A DNA stretch of 63,245 nucleotides, counting the filler, from Saprolegnia diclina VS20 (taxonomy: Eukaryota), in NCBI RefSeq assembly GCF_000281045.1. It is 9 parts of 5 records of this genome, joined end to end, with 100 filler letters (N's around TTAATTAATTAA, not from the genome) between each part and the next. Parts side by side here need not be neighbours in the genome. Positions count along the whole stretch, not along the records: positions 47,091 to 49,586 come from NW_008246246.1; positions 49,687 to 57,516 come from NW_008246246.1; positions 57,617 to 58,980 come from NW_008246246.1; positions 59,081 to 63,245 come from NW_008246247.1; 5 more parts are not named here. One strand, given 5' to 3'. A program made the translations under genes and the position numbers. Below are positions 47,207 through 59,127 of this stretch, piece by piece (the first letter of the stretch is position 1; each line of letters starts with the position of its first letter). Under the pieces are notes generated by a model. That model did no database searches and was not told the origin of the DNA. It saw nothing but the letters and a program-made list of their open reading frames with translations.

Positions 47207-49586
47207 TTAATTGGTGTAGCCCATGGCCTTCTTATAGGCAACTTTGTCGCGTGTCGTCGGGCGGTCTGCGAGCCAATTTCCCGAGCTCGTGCGCCGCGCA
47301 AACTTGCGCTTCTTGGCGCCGTCGCGCGGCTGAAAGATGGCTTCAAGGTCGCACGTCGCGATGAATTCCGGGAAAATCGACGGCGTCGGGTCGATCGCGT
47401 CAGGCCCAAACTGCTTGGCGAGCGCCTTCTCCAAGTGCGCCTTTTGCGCCCACTTGGGCACGGCTTTCGTGTCGTCTTCGCCATTCCCACTCTCGTCGCT
47501 ACACCGCATTTGACCAAGGCCAGTGAGATGGAGCAACGCACCTCTCTGGCTCGGACATCTCGTACGTTGTCGGCTCGGGCTTCTTGGAGAGCAAGACCGC
47601 TTCGATCGGCTTCTTCTTGACCACCTTGGCACTTGCACTTGCTGCGGCACTTAATGGCTTTGCAATCTCGACGCGCGGTTTCGACGCTGCTGGCTTGGCG
47701 GTGGTCTCGACCTTGGCGCGGGGCTGTTCGTGTCGCTAGATGGTTCGCGTCACAAATGCACAAGGAGTACGACCGGTGACCACGTACGAGCTTCTCGGTG
47801 CGTTCTACTTGCCGGCGCTTTTCGTCGGTCGCCGCTTGGATTTCCTGGAGGCGGGCAGCGCGCTTCCGCGCAACCTCCGCCTCTCGCTGCCGACGCTCAG
47901 CCGCATCGCGCTCTTGCTACAGAGGTACGTCATACACCGATGGCAAGAACTCGCTGAGTTTACTTTTTGACGCTCGGCCTCGGCCGCCACCTGCGCGGCC
48001 GTCTTGCGACGCTTCTCTTCGTCGAGCCGGCGCTGCTCCTCGTACATCTTCATGAGTCCTTCCTTGCGTTTGGCGCGGTCAATGGCCTTCTTGGGCTCGA
48101 GCGCACGGTGGCGCTCGGCGAGCTTGAGCGAGCTAATGGCCGGGACTGTCGCAACTGGCTTGGGTGCTGGTTTGGCAGCGAGCGACGAAAACGAGTAGAG
48201 TCCCGACACGAGGTTTGTCGGGCGCCGCGCGTCCCCCTCTGGCGCCTCTGGTACTGATCGCGCCGCTTTGGACTCTTCTTCAATGCGACGCCGCGCAAAC
48301 TCGCGGGCTTGCTGCCGCATGCGGTACGACTCTCGCTCGATCTCGGTTTGAAGCGCAGGCACCACGGGTTTGGGACTGGGCGGCGTTTTGGTTGGTCGTC
48401 GCGGCGGACTCGAGATGACGACGGGACTCGAACGCCGCGGGCTGGAGGCGACGACGGCGCTCGACCGCACCGGGCTGGAGGCAGCAATGGGGCTAGACCG
48501 CACCGGGCTGGAGGCAGCAATGGGACTAGACCGCACCGGGCTCGTGGGCCCGCGTTGGGGGCTGGCGACGACGGCGCGTGTGACTTGTGCGGTCACCTTG
48601 ACGACGGATGCCACCTCTGTCTCGTCGGTTGGCTTGGTCGCGCTGAGGCCCAGCGCCGACCGGAAAGAGGCAAAGCCCTTGACGATCGGTGATGTCGCAG
48701 ATGCGAAGAGCGACGCGGCGGTCGAGAGGATGGGGCCGTCGCTGGGCGGCGCCAAGGAGGACGAGGTGCTTGCAGGCGACTCGGGCGGAAACAATGTTTT
48801 GCGCTTGCGGTCCTTGGAGCGCACTTTGCCTGGTGAGTGAAGCATGGGCGGTGGTCGCTCAGGCGAGGCCATGGGCGACTCCTCCACGAATGAGTCGGCG
48901 GCGGGCCGGGGCGGCGACGCAGCAACGACCGGTGACGGCTCGGAGGCAGCCTCCGATACCCGAGAGGACATCGAGGAGGTGGCGACTGGCAACATCGGTG
49001 ACGGCTTTGTCGTGATAGAAGACGCAGATGTGGCGACGGCTACTGGCGACGACACTCGTTGCACCGGCGAAGCTGACTTGACAGGGGACGCAGGCTTGAC
49101 CGGGGACAAGACTTTGGGTTCTCGCAATGGCACCTCGGTAGCCTTGACGCGCGCCTCCAATCGAGGCGCCACGTCAGCGTCAGGACTTGGTCGAGGCAGT
49201 GGCTCTGTACTCGTCGTCAATTTAGCTGCATTCTTCGTAGACGATTTGGTGGTCTTGGATTTGAGGCGAGGTAGAATCGCGTCGTCGTCGTCATCGTCGT
49301 CGTCGAATCCAGCCACGTCCGGCGTGACGCGTCGGGCATCACGCGCTTTTTCGTCTGCGAGAGCTCGAGTGAGCCGCTCCACGAGCTTGGCTTTCAGGCC
49401 AAAGGTGCTCAGGTTGCGCTCGCTGAGCGCTTTCCGAAGCTCCGGCACCTTGAGCTTCGTCGGGTCACGCACCACAGCAGCCACGCTCTTGATTGACTGA
49501 TTATCGTCTTCGCTGTCGTTCTCGGACGAGGACTCGATGACGATGACCGCGTTTGCCTTCTTCTTGGGCTTGCTTGGCTTGCTCTG
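47207..49586 (-). CDS. INCENP: INCENP-like chromosomal passenger protein (SAP domain + SP-rich region + IN-box), 5' end in gap
   Basis: IN-box VPKWAQ...ALAKQF...DP..IFP...CDLEAIF...FARRTSSGNW; SAP LKVPELRKALSERNLSTFGLKAKLVERL; SSPVRSSPIAA repeats; several introns. Confidence 0.82.
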
Positions 49587-49686
49587 NNNNNNNNNNNNNN
49601 NNNNNNNNNNNNNNNNNNNNNNNNNNNNNNTTAATTAATTAANNNNNNNNNNNNNNNNNNNNNNNNNNNNNNNNNNNNNNNNNNNN

Positions 49687-52600
49687 CCGGTCGTGGGCCA
49701 GTTGGCGGTGGCGACAGAGGTGACGCGGGCGCCCTCGGACTCGATCGCAATGTACTCTTGGATGCGCTCGGGTGCGATCATGAAGATCTCCAAGTTGGCC
49801 CAAATGGCCACGAGGTAGGTGAACGTCGACGGGATGGCAAGGCTGTACGTCATGAGAAGGCCAATTATGCCGGCGCTCAATTGAGAATGGAGCACGACGA
49901 CCGCTGTCATTGTGATGGCAACGATACTCACCGCGAGGAGCTGCAAGCGCAGCGAGTACCACGCATTCACAGCGACGTCGGCGACCCGCGCTTGAGCGAG
50001 TGCTTCGACATGAACATTGCAGATACGAGTCATGCGCCGGGTGTAGCGCGGCCCAAACGATCGAATCGTAGACGCGCCATCAATGCCTTGAGCGATGAAG
50101 CTAAGCAATGGCGACCGCGATGTCGACTTGATGCGGTTGATATCGCGGAGCGGACCGACAAAGAAGGCGCCGAGCGAGTAGTAGACATAGAGCAATGGCA
50201 GCACGAGGAGCCCGACCCATTGCGAGAGCACGACGGCCGTGCCAACCGTGCACGCGAGCGACGAGAGCTCAAACAGAATCGGGCCGAGCGAGAACGGAAT
50301 GCGCATGTCGCAGGACGTGACGTCGTCGCCAAACCGGTTGAGAATCCGCCCGATCGGGTTGGTGTCGAAGAACGCCATGGGCGCTGCGAGAACACTGGAA
50401 AGCATCGCATCAAAGAGCTTTCGAGACCCTTGGACGCCGAAGGAAATGACCGCGTACGTCTGCAAAGCGATCAAAAGACAGCTGCCGAGCGCGAGGCCCG
50501 CGTAGATGGCCATGTTGACCATCGCAGACGCAGCCAACGTCGCGTGGCCTTCGCCTCCGTTGGACCAGCGCGCCAGCCAAAGGTCGCTAGCAACTTTGAG
50601 CAACTGCATCGCGATTGTCAGCGTAAGCACGACAGCGACGGTCGGCCACCCACCGACATGCCTCAGATATGACCACATCAATGCTCCCGCGACACGCCCT
50701 TCGGCGCGCTCTTCGTCGGCGATGAGACGACCCGACTCTTCAAACGACTCGCCCGCCACCGGCTCGCGCGGCGTGTACAGCATCTCACGCGCGTTGTAGC
50801 TGTACGGCGTGCGCAGCGACGGCGTCACCAGCATCTCGTGGCGCGGCCCCGGCGCCGGGTACTCGATGATCTCCGACTCTTCCCAGTACGGCGTCCGGGC
50901 CTTGAGCGGCGTCACCGCCGACGTTGCTTCTTGACGCGTGCGCGGCGAGTCATGCGTCGACTCGATGAGCCGGCCGTCTTGCACCAGCAGCGTCCGGGCG
51001 ACCGCCGCCGACTCGATGATCTCGGGGTTGTGCGTCACGAGCAGCACTGTCTTCTTGGCCAAGAGGCCGAGGAAACACTTGGTGAAGATCTCGCTGGCCA
51101 CAATCGCGTCGACGGCCGACAAGGGCGAATCCAAAATGAAGATGTCGGCGTCGCTATAACAAGCTCGGGCCAAAGCGATGCGCGCTTTCTGGCCGCCGCT
51201 GAGGTTGATGCCCTTCTGGCCAATCTCGGTGCGGTCGCCGGCCGGCAGCGACGCGAGATCGCTCTGCAGCGCACACGCGTCGAGGACCTTTTGGTACGTG
51301 CTGCGGTCGTACGGCTTGCCAAAGAGAATGTTTTCGCGGATCGTGGTGTTTTGGATCCAAGCCTGCTGCGCAAAGTAGGCCACTTGGCCGCCGACAAACA
51401 CCGAGCCAGTGAGCTTTTGCATCTCGCCGAGGAGCGCCGAGCAGAGCGACGACTTGCCTTGGCCGACCGCGCCATGCAGCACGACGAGCTCGCCGCGCGT
51501 GATGCGGAGATTGACGTTCGTGAACGTGGGCGTCGTGGTGCTGTCCCACGTGAACGAGGCATTGTCGATGGCGAGCACGACCTGGTCCTTGGCGTAGACG
51601 GACGCGATCGGGTCGGACGGCGTCGAGACGTTGGTCGGGTCCACTTCGTCCATCAAGAGCACGTCGTTAATACGCTTGGCCGAAACAAGCGACTGGACCA
51701 TGGTCGAGACGACGACGGGGAAGTCAATGAGCGGATCTTGGAGCGACTTAAGAAGGGCCATGGTCGAGAAGACGATCGTGACAGTCAGCGGTGTCGGCAT
51801 GGCCAGCGCGAAAGTAGCAAAGACCGCGACCGAAACAAAGATGGGCGTGCAGTTTGTAAACGACGTGAGCGTCAGTAGCACAAGCAGGAAGCGCCAGACG
51901 GTCTGGCACTCGGTCGCTCGCAGCGCATTGAGTTTACACCGAAAGTTGTCTTCCCATGCATTGAGCTTGACGACAGCGATCGCGCCAAAGACTTCGCTCG
52001 TGAGCTTCATGCGCTGGTCCTTCGCCATCATGAAAGTCAGTTGTGCATCCCCCATCGCGCCCGCGACGCGAGTGTTGAGGGCCAAGACGAGCAGCAGCAC
52101 GCCGAGACCGACAAAGATGGGCCAGCCGACGACCGTGTACAAACGGTACAGCACGACGACGATCTGGACCGGGAGCATCCAGATTTGGTGCACGCTCGTC
52201 GCAAAGTTCATGACGTTGGTCGCATCGAGCGTGCAGAGATTGGCAATGTCGCCCGCCGACGTCGTCTTTCGCGAGAGGTGGCTCAGTCGCAGCGCCTTGG
52301 CAAAGAGAAGGGAGCGCAGCACCGTCGAGAGCTCGATACCGACGCGCTCGTTTTGGTACTTGGCGTGCACCTTGACGAACGCGTTGGCCGCTTGCACGAG
52401 AAAAAGCGACGTGATGAGCTGCAGCACGTACGTTGCATCGAGATCTGAGGCATCGATGGCCGTGAGGATCTCGCCCAAGACAAACACAGGACCGTAGAGA
52501 TCGCCGGCCACGGACAATAGCTCGAGGCAACCAATGGCAGCGAGCCGCCAGCCGTACAGGCCAAAGAACGTGCGAAGGAGTCGCTGGCCGTGGGCAACAT

Positions 52601-52865
52601 AGCCATTGGCAAAGCGATTCGTCAAAGGCGCGGCTTGAAGCGGCGCTTCCAAGACCCAAAGATCGGCAGGTGCAATCTGCCGCTTGTTGCCGAGCTCGAG
52701 AAGCGGGTGCGTCCAGCTAAAGGTAGCGCGCGAGATGAGACCAGCCGTATCGGCCGGGTGCTTTGGGACACTCGGCTGGTCGAACGTGCTGTATTGTAGC
52801 TTGTCGCTGCCTGTCATTAGTGCGTTTGGTGGTCGAGCTGCGCTGCTCTGATTTGCGAGTCGCAT
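49687..52865 (-). CDS. ABCC/MRP-type ABC transporter (TMD1-NBD1-TMD2; NBD2 lost in gap)
   Basis: GAVGQGKSSL Walker A, NLSGGQKARIALARA signature, ILDSPLSAVD Walker B, FFDTNPIGRILNRF. Confidence 0.92.
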
Positions 52866-54136
52866 CGATGGCACTGCAACCTCGGGCTGGTCGACCAAAA
52901 AAAACACTTGGTTTTTGTATTCGACTCGCCGTCAAAGAAGAGTGTAGGCACCGTCACTCCCGTTGGATACCCACAGCGAACAAAGTCGCGCAACCATACC
53001 AACGGCTCATGCCTGCCACTCGTCGTCAGTAGTCGTAGCAGCTTCTCTGGCACATTTAGAGCTCGCTTGTTGTCTATACTACGTTTCATGGATCGTGGAT
53101 CGTGCTGTGAGCATTTGTACACGCTTATAAAAAATAATTGCGACTTCTCCTGACGGCTACATCAATGTCCTGGTGGTTGCCATGAGCTATGGCAATTCAT
53201 TCACCCAAGCCTCGACACTAAATAATGAAGTTTATGAAATAATGAAGTTCATGCAACACCTTCTCTCGATTAACGGTCAGCTAGTATACTGCTCACGCTT
53301 CGTCTTCGTCGGTGCTGTGGACGGTCATCTTGTCCATGTACCCNNNNNNNNNNNNNNNNNNNNNNNNNNNNNNNNNNNNNNNNNNNNNNNNNNNNNNNNN
53401 NNNNNNNNNNNNNNNNNNNNNNNNNNNNNNNNNNNNNNNNNNNGAAGAGTGTAGGCACCGTCACTCCCGTTGGATACCACCCATGCACAGGGCACCCGCA
53501 AATTACTCCGCGAATGAAATATGCACAGGATACAACACTGGAAACGATACGGTTCCCTTTCAACAGTTTGCCCACCAAAAGCGCGCTCGCTGTCGCAAAG
53601 ATCGCGAAGCAGACGACCAACAGTTTCGATAGCATGCTTGTTAACCATCGAGCATTTGCCCCAAAGAAAAGATCAGCCATTGTCAAAGGTGCAGCAAGAT
53701 CGTGTCTTGTTTGCGCACGTAGAAAATGATGGCCTCGGATAGGCGGAGCAGTATCTTGAAGTGCGCTGTGCGACTGCCACGTAGCGAGAGCGATGCAGGG
53801 CCAGTTGATGCAACAGCGATGGCAATGCCGCCGCCGTAGCACACGTGCACAAGGATCACATTCTCGAGAGAGCCGCACTTTATAGAGCCACGACACATGC
53901 CATGCCGTACCATGACCTCCTGGTGCACGGCTTCGCCGTCCGGCGCGCGCAAGAGCGCCACCCTCGGGCACGGCTCCGCCGTGCAGCGCTTCGCGCCAGA
54001 TCGGTAGACACACTGCGTGCGCGTTTTGACTCGCTTCACTCGTCACTGGTCCCTCCACACTCGACGGGAGGACATATGCTTTAAAGTCGCATACGTTTAC
54101 AGAATATATATATATATATGCGTTATCTTCATAGTT

Positions 54137-54460
54137 GTTGGAATGAGTCTATTGAGATATTATTTCCTACAGGTTTTTCTGTTTTGTTTACACGGTGCGT
54201 TGAGAGGCGGGCTTGTGAGGGTGCGTATTTATGGTGATTTGTTGTGGGAGGTTTTCCTTCGAGGCTAAGCGAGTAACGACGCCCTCTTGGCCAATCCCGA
54301 ACGGGTTACGGCACGGCGGTTCTTCCGATTGGGTACACCGCGCAGAGGCAGGAGGTCGGCCAATTGAATTTGCATGCGCGCAGCTGGATTTGAACCCGCT
54401 ATCCGTTCGAGCTCGAATTTAAGTGGAACGCCTCGACCACTACACCAGGGGCCGACCCCC
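54137..54460 (-). mobile_element. tRNA-derived SINE-like unit X, flanked by 16-bp direct repeat cgttatcttcatagtt
   Basis: Minus-strand head GGGGGTCGGCCCCTGGTGTAGTGG (A-box) ... GGTTCAAATCC (B-box); 3' tail AGACTCATTCCAAC; direct repeats at 54121-54136 and 54461-54476. Confidence 0.7.
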
Positions 54461-54494
54461 CGTTATCTTCATAGTTACACAAAGACTTCGCATA

Positions 54495-54762
54495 TTCCTG
54501 CTTCTGCCTCCCGAGGTCGCCGGTTCGAACCCGACGCGCCGATTTTTCTATCCGGATGTCCCCCCCATCCGGACACGAATGTCACTGAAGACGGTCACCA
54601 TAATAAGGCCACGCTCGGCAAGTGCCACAAGGAACACAAGGAAGAAGCAAGATGAAAACGGCATATGCCGGAAATTCGTGCCTACCGGAAATTAGGTTGG
54701 AGGCCGGACGACCCTAGAAATAGGACCCTTAATCCGTAAAATTCGAAAGACTCATTTCAACA
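54495..54762 (+). mobile_element. tRNA-derived SINE-like unit Y, flanked by 16-bp direct repeat acaaagacttcgcata
   Basis: B-box GGTTCGAACCC at 54522-54532, T5 at 54543-47, hairpin tccggatg/catccgga, 3' tail AGACTCATTTCAACA shared with unit X; direct repeats at 54479-54494 and 54763-54778. Confidence 0.65.
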
Positions 54763-54876
54763 ACAAAGACTTCGCATACGTAGAGACTATTAATAGCAAT
54801 CTCCTTCTTCATTCGCTCGCCGGTCCGTGGCTGCGCAGGTGGCGGCGCGGGGGCTCGTCTGGCTCTTCTGTCGTCG
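54763..54876 (-). repeat. Dispersed repeat, interrupted copy (homolog of 44883-45040)
   Basis: Near-identical reverse complement of 44883-44993; continues on the other side of the insertion at 54104-54136. Confidence 0.9.
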
Positions 54877-54976
54877 NNNNNNNNNNNNNNNNNNNNNNNN
54901 NNNNNNNNNNNNNNNNNNNNNNNNNNNNNNNNNNNNNNNNNNNNNNNNNNNNNNNNNNNNNNNNNNNNNNNNNNNN

Positions 54977-57516
54977 GCAAACTCGGTGCGGATCACGCGC
55001 TGCAGCACCTTGTCCGTCGCGTGGTCGATGGCCGCCGTCGCTTCGTCCAGCACGACGACCTTGGCTTGCCGAAGGAGCGCGCGGGCCATGCACAGCATTT
55101 GGCGCTCGCCGACGCTAAAGTTCTCGCCGTTCTCGTCCACGGGCCCGAGGAGCTTCTCGTCGTGCTGCGAGACGCGGTCGACCATCTGCACCTTCCGGAG
55201 GACATTCCAAAGCGCTGCGTCGTCGTACTCGTCGAACGGATCCAAGTAGTTGCGCAGCGTGCCCTTGAAGAGGACGGGGTTTTGCGGAATGATCGCGAGG
55301 TGGCTGCGCAGCGTGCGGAGACCCACAGAGGCAATGTCGACGCCGTCAATCGAGATGGACCCGGATGCGACGTCGTTCATGCGGAAGAGCGCCATCATGA
55401 GGCTGCTCTTGCCCGCGCCGGTGCGGCCCACGATGCCAATCTTCTCACCCCCCGCGACTGCGAACGAGACGTTCTGGAGCACGAGCGGGTCGTTGGGCTT
55501 GTAGCGGAAGCTGACGTTCTCAAAGGCGACGGCGCCGGTCGTGGGCCAGTTGGCGGTGGCGACAGAGGTGACGCGGGCGCCCTCGGACTCGATCGCAATG
55601 TACTCTTGGATGCGCTCGGGTGCGATCATGGACGTCTCGAGCTGGGACCAGAGGCCGACAAGCAAGGCCAGCGTGCCCGGAATCGAGAGACCGTACGTGA
55701 TCAAAAGGCCGACGATACCGGGGCTTAGCGACTCGTGGAGGAAGACGAGCACCAACAGGGTCAGCGCGACGATCGTGCTACCGAGGAGCGACATGCGCAG
55801 CGAGAACCACACGTTGATCGCGGTGTACGTCACGCGGGCTTCACAAAACGTCTCGATCTTCTGGGTGTTGAGCCGGTAGAAGCGACGCAGCTGCTTGTCA
55901 CCAAATGCGCGGATCGTCGTCGAGCCGTCAATGCCCTCCGATACGGAGCTAATGAGCGGCGACCGCGTCGTCTTGAGAATCCGGTTCACTTCACGCAGCG
56001 GTCCCAAGAAGAACGCGCCAAGGTAGAGGTACAACGCGAGCAGCGGCAGCACGAGGATCCCAAGCCAGCGCATGAGCACGATCGTCGTGCCGAGCGCCGC
56101 GAGCGTCGACGAGACTTCAAACAGCATCGGGCCGAGCGAGAGCGGGATGCCAAAGTCTAATGCCATGATGTCGTCACCAAACCGGTTAAGGACGCGCCCG
56201 ATCGGGTTGGTGTCGAAAAAGCGCATCGGCGCCTCCAAGAGACTGCGCAACATGCCGTCAAACATGCGCTGGGACCCGACGAGGCCGAGCTCCACGACGA
56301 GATACGTCTGCGCTGCCACCATGAGGCAGCTCCCGATGGCGAGGCCCGCGTAAATGTCCATGTTGCTGTCGACGGTCATGGTGGCGTTGGCTCCCTGCTG
56401 GACGTTGTTGGACCAATACGTGAGCCAAAAGTCACTGCCGACCTTGAGCACTTGCGTCAACAGCGTCAAGACGATGATCGCAGCGACCGCGGGGGCGCCG
56501 CCAATGCTTTGAACGTAGCCGTAGATGACTTCCTTGGAGACACGCCCTTCGGCCCGCTCTTCGTCGGCGATGAGACGACCCGACTCTTCAAACGACTCGC
56601 CCGCCACCGGCTCGCGCGGCGTGTACAGCATCTCGCGCGCGTTGTAGCTGTACGGCGTGCGCAGCGACGGCGTCACCAGCATCTCGTGGCGCGGCCCCGG
56701 TGCCGGGTACTCGATGATCTCCGACTCTTCCCAGTACGGCGTCCGGGCCTTGAGCGGCGTCACCGCCGACGTTGCTTCTTGACGCGTGCGCGGCGAGTCA
56801 TGCGTTGACTCGATGAGCCGGCCGTCTTGCACCAGCAGCGTCCGGGCGACCGCCGCCGACTCGATGATCTCGGGGTTGTGCGTCACGAGCAGCACTGTCT
56901 TCTTGGCCAAGAGGCCGAGGAAACACTTGGTGAAGATCTCGCTGGCCACAATCGCGTCGACGGCCGACAAGGGCGAATCCAAAATGAAGATGTCGGCGTC
57001 GCTATAACAAGCTCGGGCCAAAGCGATGCGCGCTTTCTGGCCGCCGCTGAGGTTGATGCCCTTCTGGCCAATCTCGGTGCGGTCGCCGGCCGGCAGCGAC
57101 GCGAGATCGCTCTGCAGCGCACACGCGTCGAGGACCTTTTGGTACGTGCTGCGGTCGTACGGCTTGCCAAAGAGGATGTTTTCGCGGATCGTGGTGTTTT
57201 GGATCCACGCCTGCTGCGCAAAGTAGGCCACTTGGCCGCCGACAAACACCGAGCCGGTGAGTTTTTGCATCTCGCCGAGGAGCGCCGAGCAGAGCGACGA
57301 CTTGCCTTGGCCGACCGCGCCATGCAGCACGACGAGCTCGCCGCGCGTGATGCGGAGGTTGACGTTCGTGAACGTGGGCGTCGTGGTGCTGTCCCACGTG
57401 AACGAGGCATTGTCGATGGCGAGCACGACCTGGTCCTTGGCGTAGACGGACGCGATCGGGTCGGACGGCGTCGAGACGTTGGTCGGGTCCACTTCGTCCA
57501 TCAAGAGCACGTCGTT
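54977..57516 (-). CDS. Second ABCC/MRP-type ABC transporter (NBD1-TMD2-NBD2), both ends in gaps
   Basis: NBD1 as in the neighbouring copy; NBD2 GIVGRTGAGKSSL, NFSVGERQMLCMARALL, VLDEATAAID. Confidence 0.92.
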
Positions 57517-57616
57517 NNNNNNNNNNNNNNNNNNNNNNNNNNNNNNNNNNNNNNNNNNNNTTAATTAATTAANNNNNNNNNNNNNNNNNNNNNNNNNNNN
57601 NNNNNNNNNNNNNNNN

Positions 57617-58980
57617 GCCCATACCCACAGCGTGGAATGACATGGACGTGTTGCTGGTCGGTGGCAACCCCTTCTGTGACGTCTATGTTGACGTAACGAT
57701 ACCCCAAAACATGACGACAGCCACGTTGAGTGGGCTCTTTGGCCTCTCGGCCGTTTGTGGCACTCACTTCGGCGAGTACATTGCTCCAAGTAGCAACCAG
57801 GTCGTCTTTGCCCCGCTTGCGCGTCAGTTGTCTGGCGGCACGAACATCATTAACGCGTGCTCATTTGAGAGATTTAGCCCCACGAGCTGCGCCGCCATGG
57901 TGGTGGCCACACAGGCGTTTGTAAATGCTAGCTTTTCAGCAGACCAACTTCTTGAGCTTCAAGCTGCCGTCAACGCCGCCGCCGTCGCCGTTCAAGAAGC
58001 GCATATCGCGATCGTACAGTACGCTCTCAACAGCTCAACACCGCAGCTCCTCTCGATCAATCTCCTCGATCCAAGCGACACGGAATTCATGCTTTTTGGC
58101 TGGTTCTTTCTCTGGGACTGGGCAACAGGGTACCGCGAAGTCGTCACGTTAATAGGGGACGCTGGCGCACTCAAAATCCTCTCGACCTTGATGACAACCA
58201 CGACGTTTGAGCCGAACGCTCTCGAGATCCCAAAGAATCTTGCCCTCGTCTTGCGCACCGGCGTCATGTATGTCACGTTTGTTCTAGTTGCTGTGAGCGT
58301 GCTCGTTGTTCTTCACATGCTCGGGAGTCGTGGCCAGATCTCGGGCAGCCACCTCTTTGGCCTCAACCGTGTTGCTGGTATCGTCTGGGTGGGTCGCCCG
58401 CTGCTACTTCTGCGCAGCCTCACCGCCATGGCCGTCCTCAGTACCGCGCGCATCGACCTCGTTCAAAATGGCATCGTCACGCTGTTTCGAACGACCGTCT
58501 CGAGCGCAGTGCTCACGATTCTCAGCGCCGGCGAAGTTACATGGTTCATCTACGTTCTCAACGACATTCTCATGGTCTACACGCAGCAGTATGCGCGCCT
58601 CTATATGACCAAAGCGACGTACCTTCTCTGGTTGTTGTCGGCCATTTGGAGCTTTGTGTCGCCCGTGACGCACTCGGCCACCGTGGCGCGGACGTGCGCA
58701 GCGTGGGATCTCAACCTCCAGCTGGTTTGTCGAAGTGGCGTCGTGCGTATCGGGGATCAAATGCGCTTTGTAGAGCTGATTCTGCTCTGCGGAAGTTGTC
58801 TCTGTGTGTGCTATTTGATGGAGCGCATTCGACATCCCGACCTTCCCAACGACTCGCCAGTGTCGCACCACTTGAGCTGCGAGGCAAAGTACTTGTACAG
58901 CCTTCAAAAATGGCAGTTCCAGGGCACCTTTTACCTCGACAGGGCGTCGGCGACTATGAATGGCATGCTCATTTTCTCGG
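57617..58980 (+). CDS. Saprolegniales-type expanded multi-TM protein, internal fragment between gaps
   Basis: Fully open frame; FGWFFLWDWATGYREVV, LNRVAGIVWVGRPLLLLRSLTA, AGEVTWFIYVLND and YLDRASATMNG motifs. Confidence 0.7.
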
Positions 58981-59127
58981 NNNNNNNNNNNNNNNNNNNN
59001 NNNNNNNNNNNNNNNNNNNNNNNNTTAATTAATTAANNNNNNNNNNNNNNNNNNNNNNNNNNNNNNNNNNNNNNNNNNNNCGACATTACACAAGCCATCA
59101 CAAGAAATTAACCTTGTGTAGCCTGTG

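Noticed and set aside
54362..54460. Functional tRNA gene (also 30529-30613 and 54505-54540)
   Set aside because: A/B boxes are present but a canonical cloverleaf with a 7-bp acceptor stem and 7-nt anticodon loop cannot be built; treated as tRNA-derived.
54121..54778. DIRS-type element with an internal complementary region
   Set aside because: The internal copy is in direct orientation and in A+B order (the empty target), not the reverse complement of a circle junction, and A and B belong to the host repeat.
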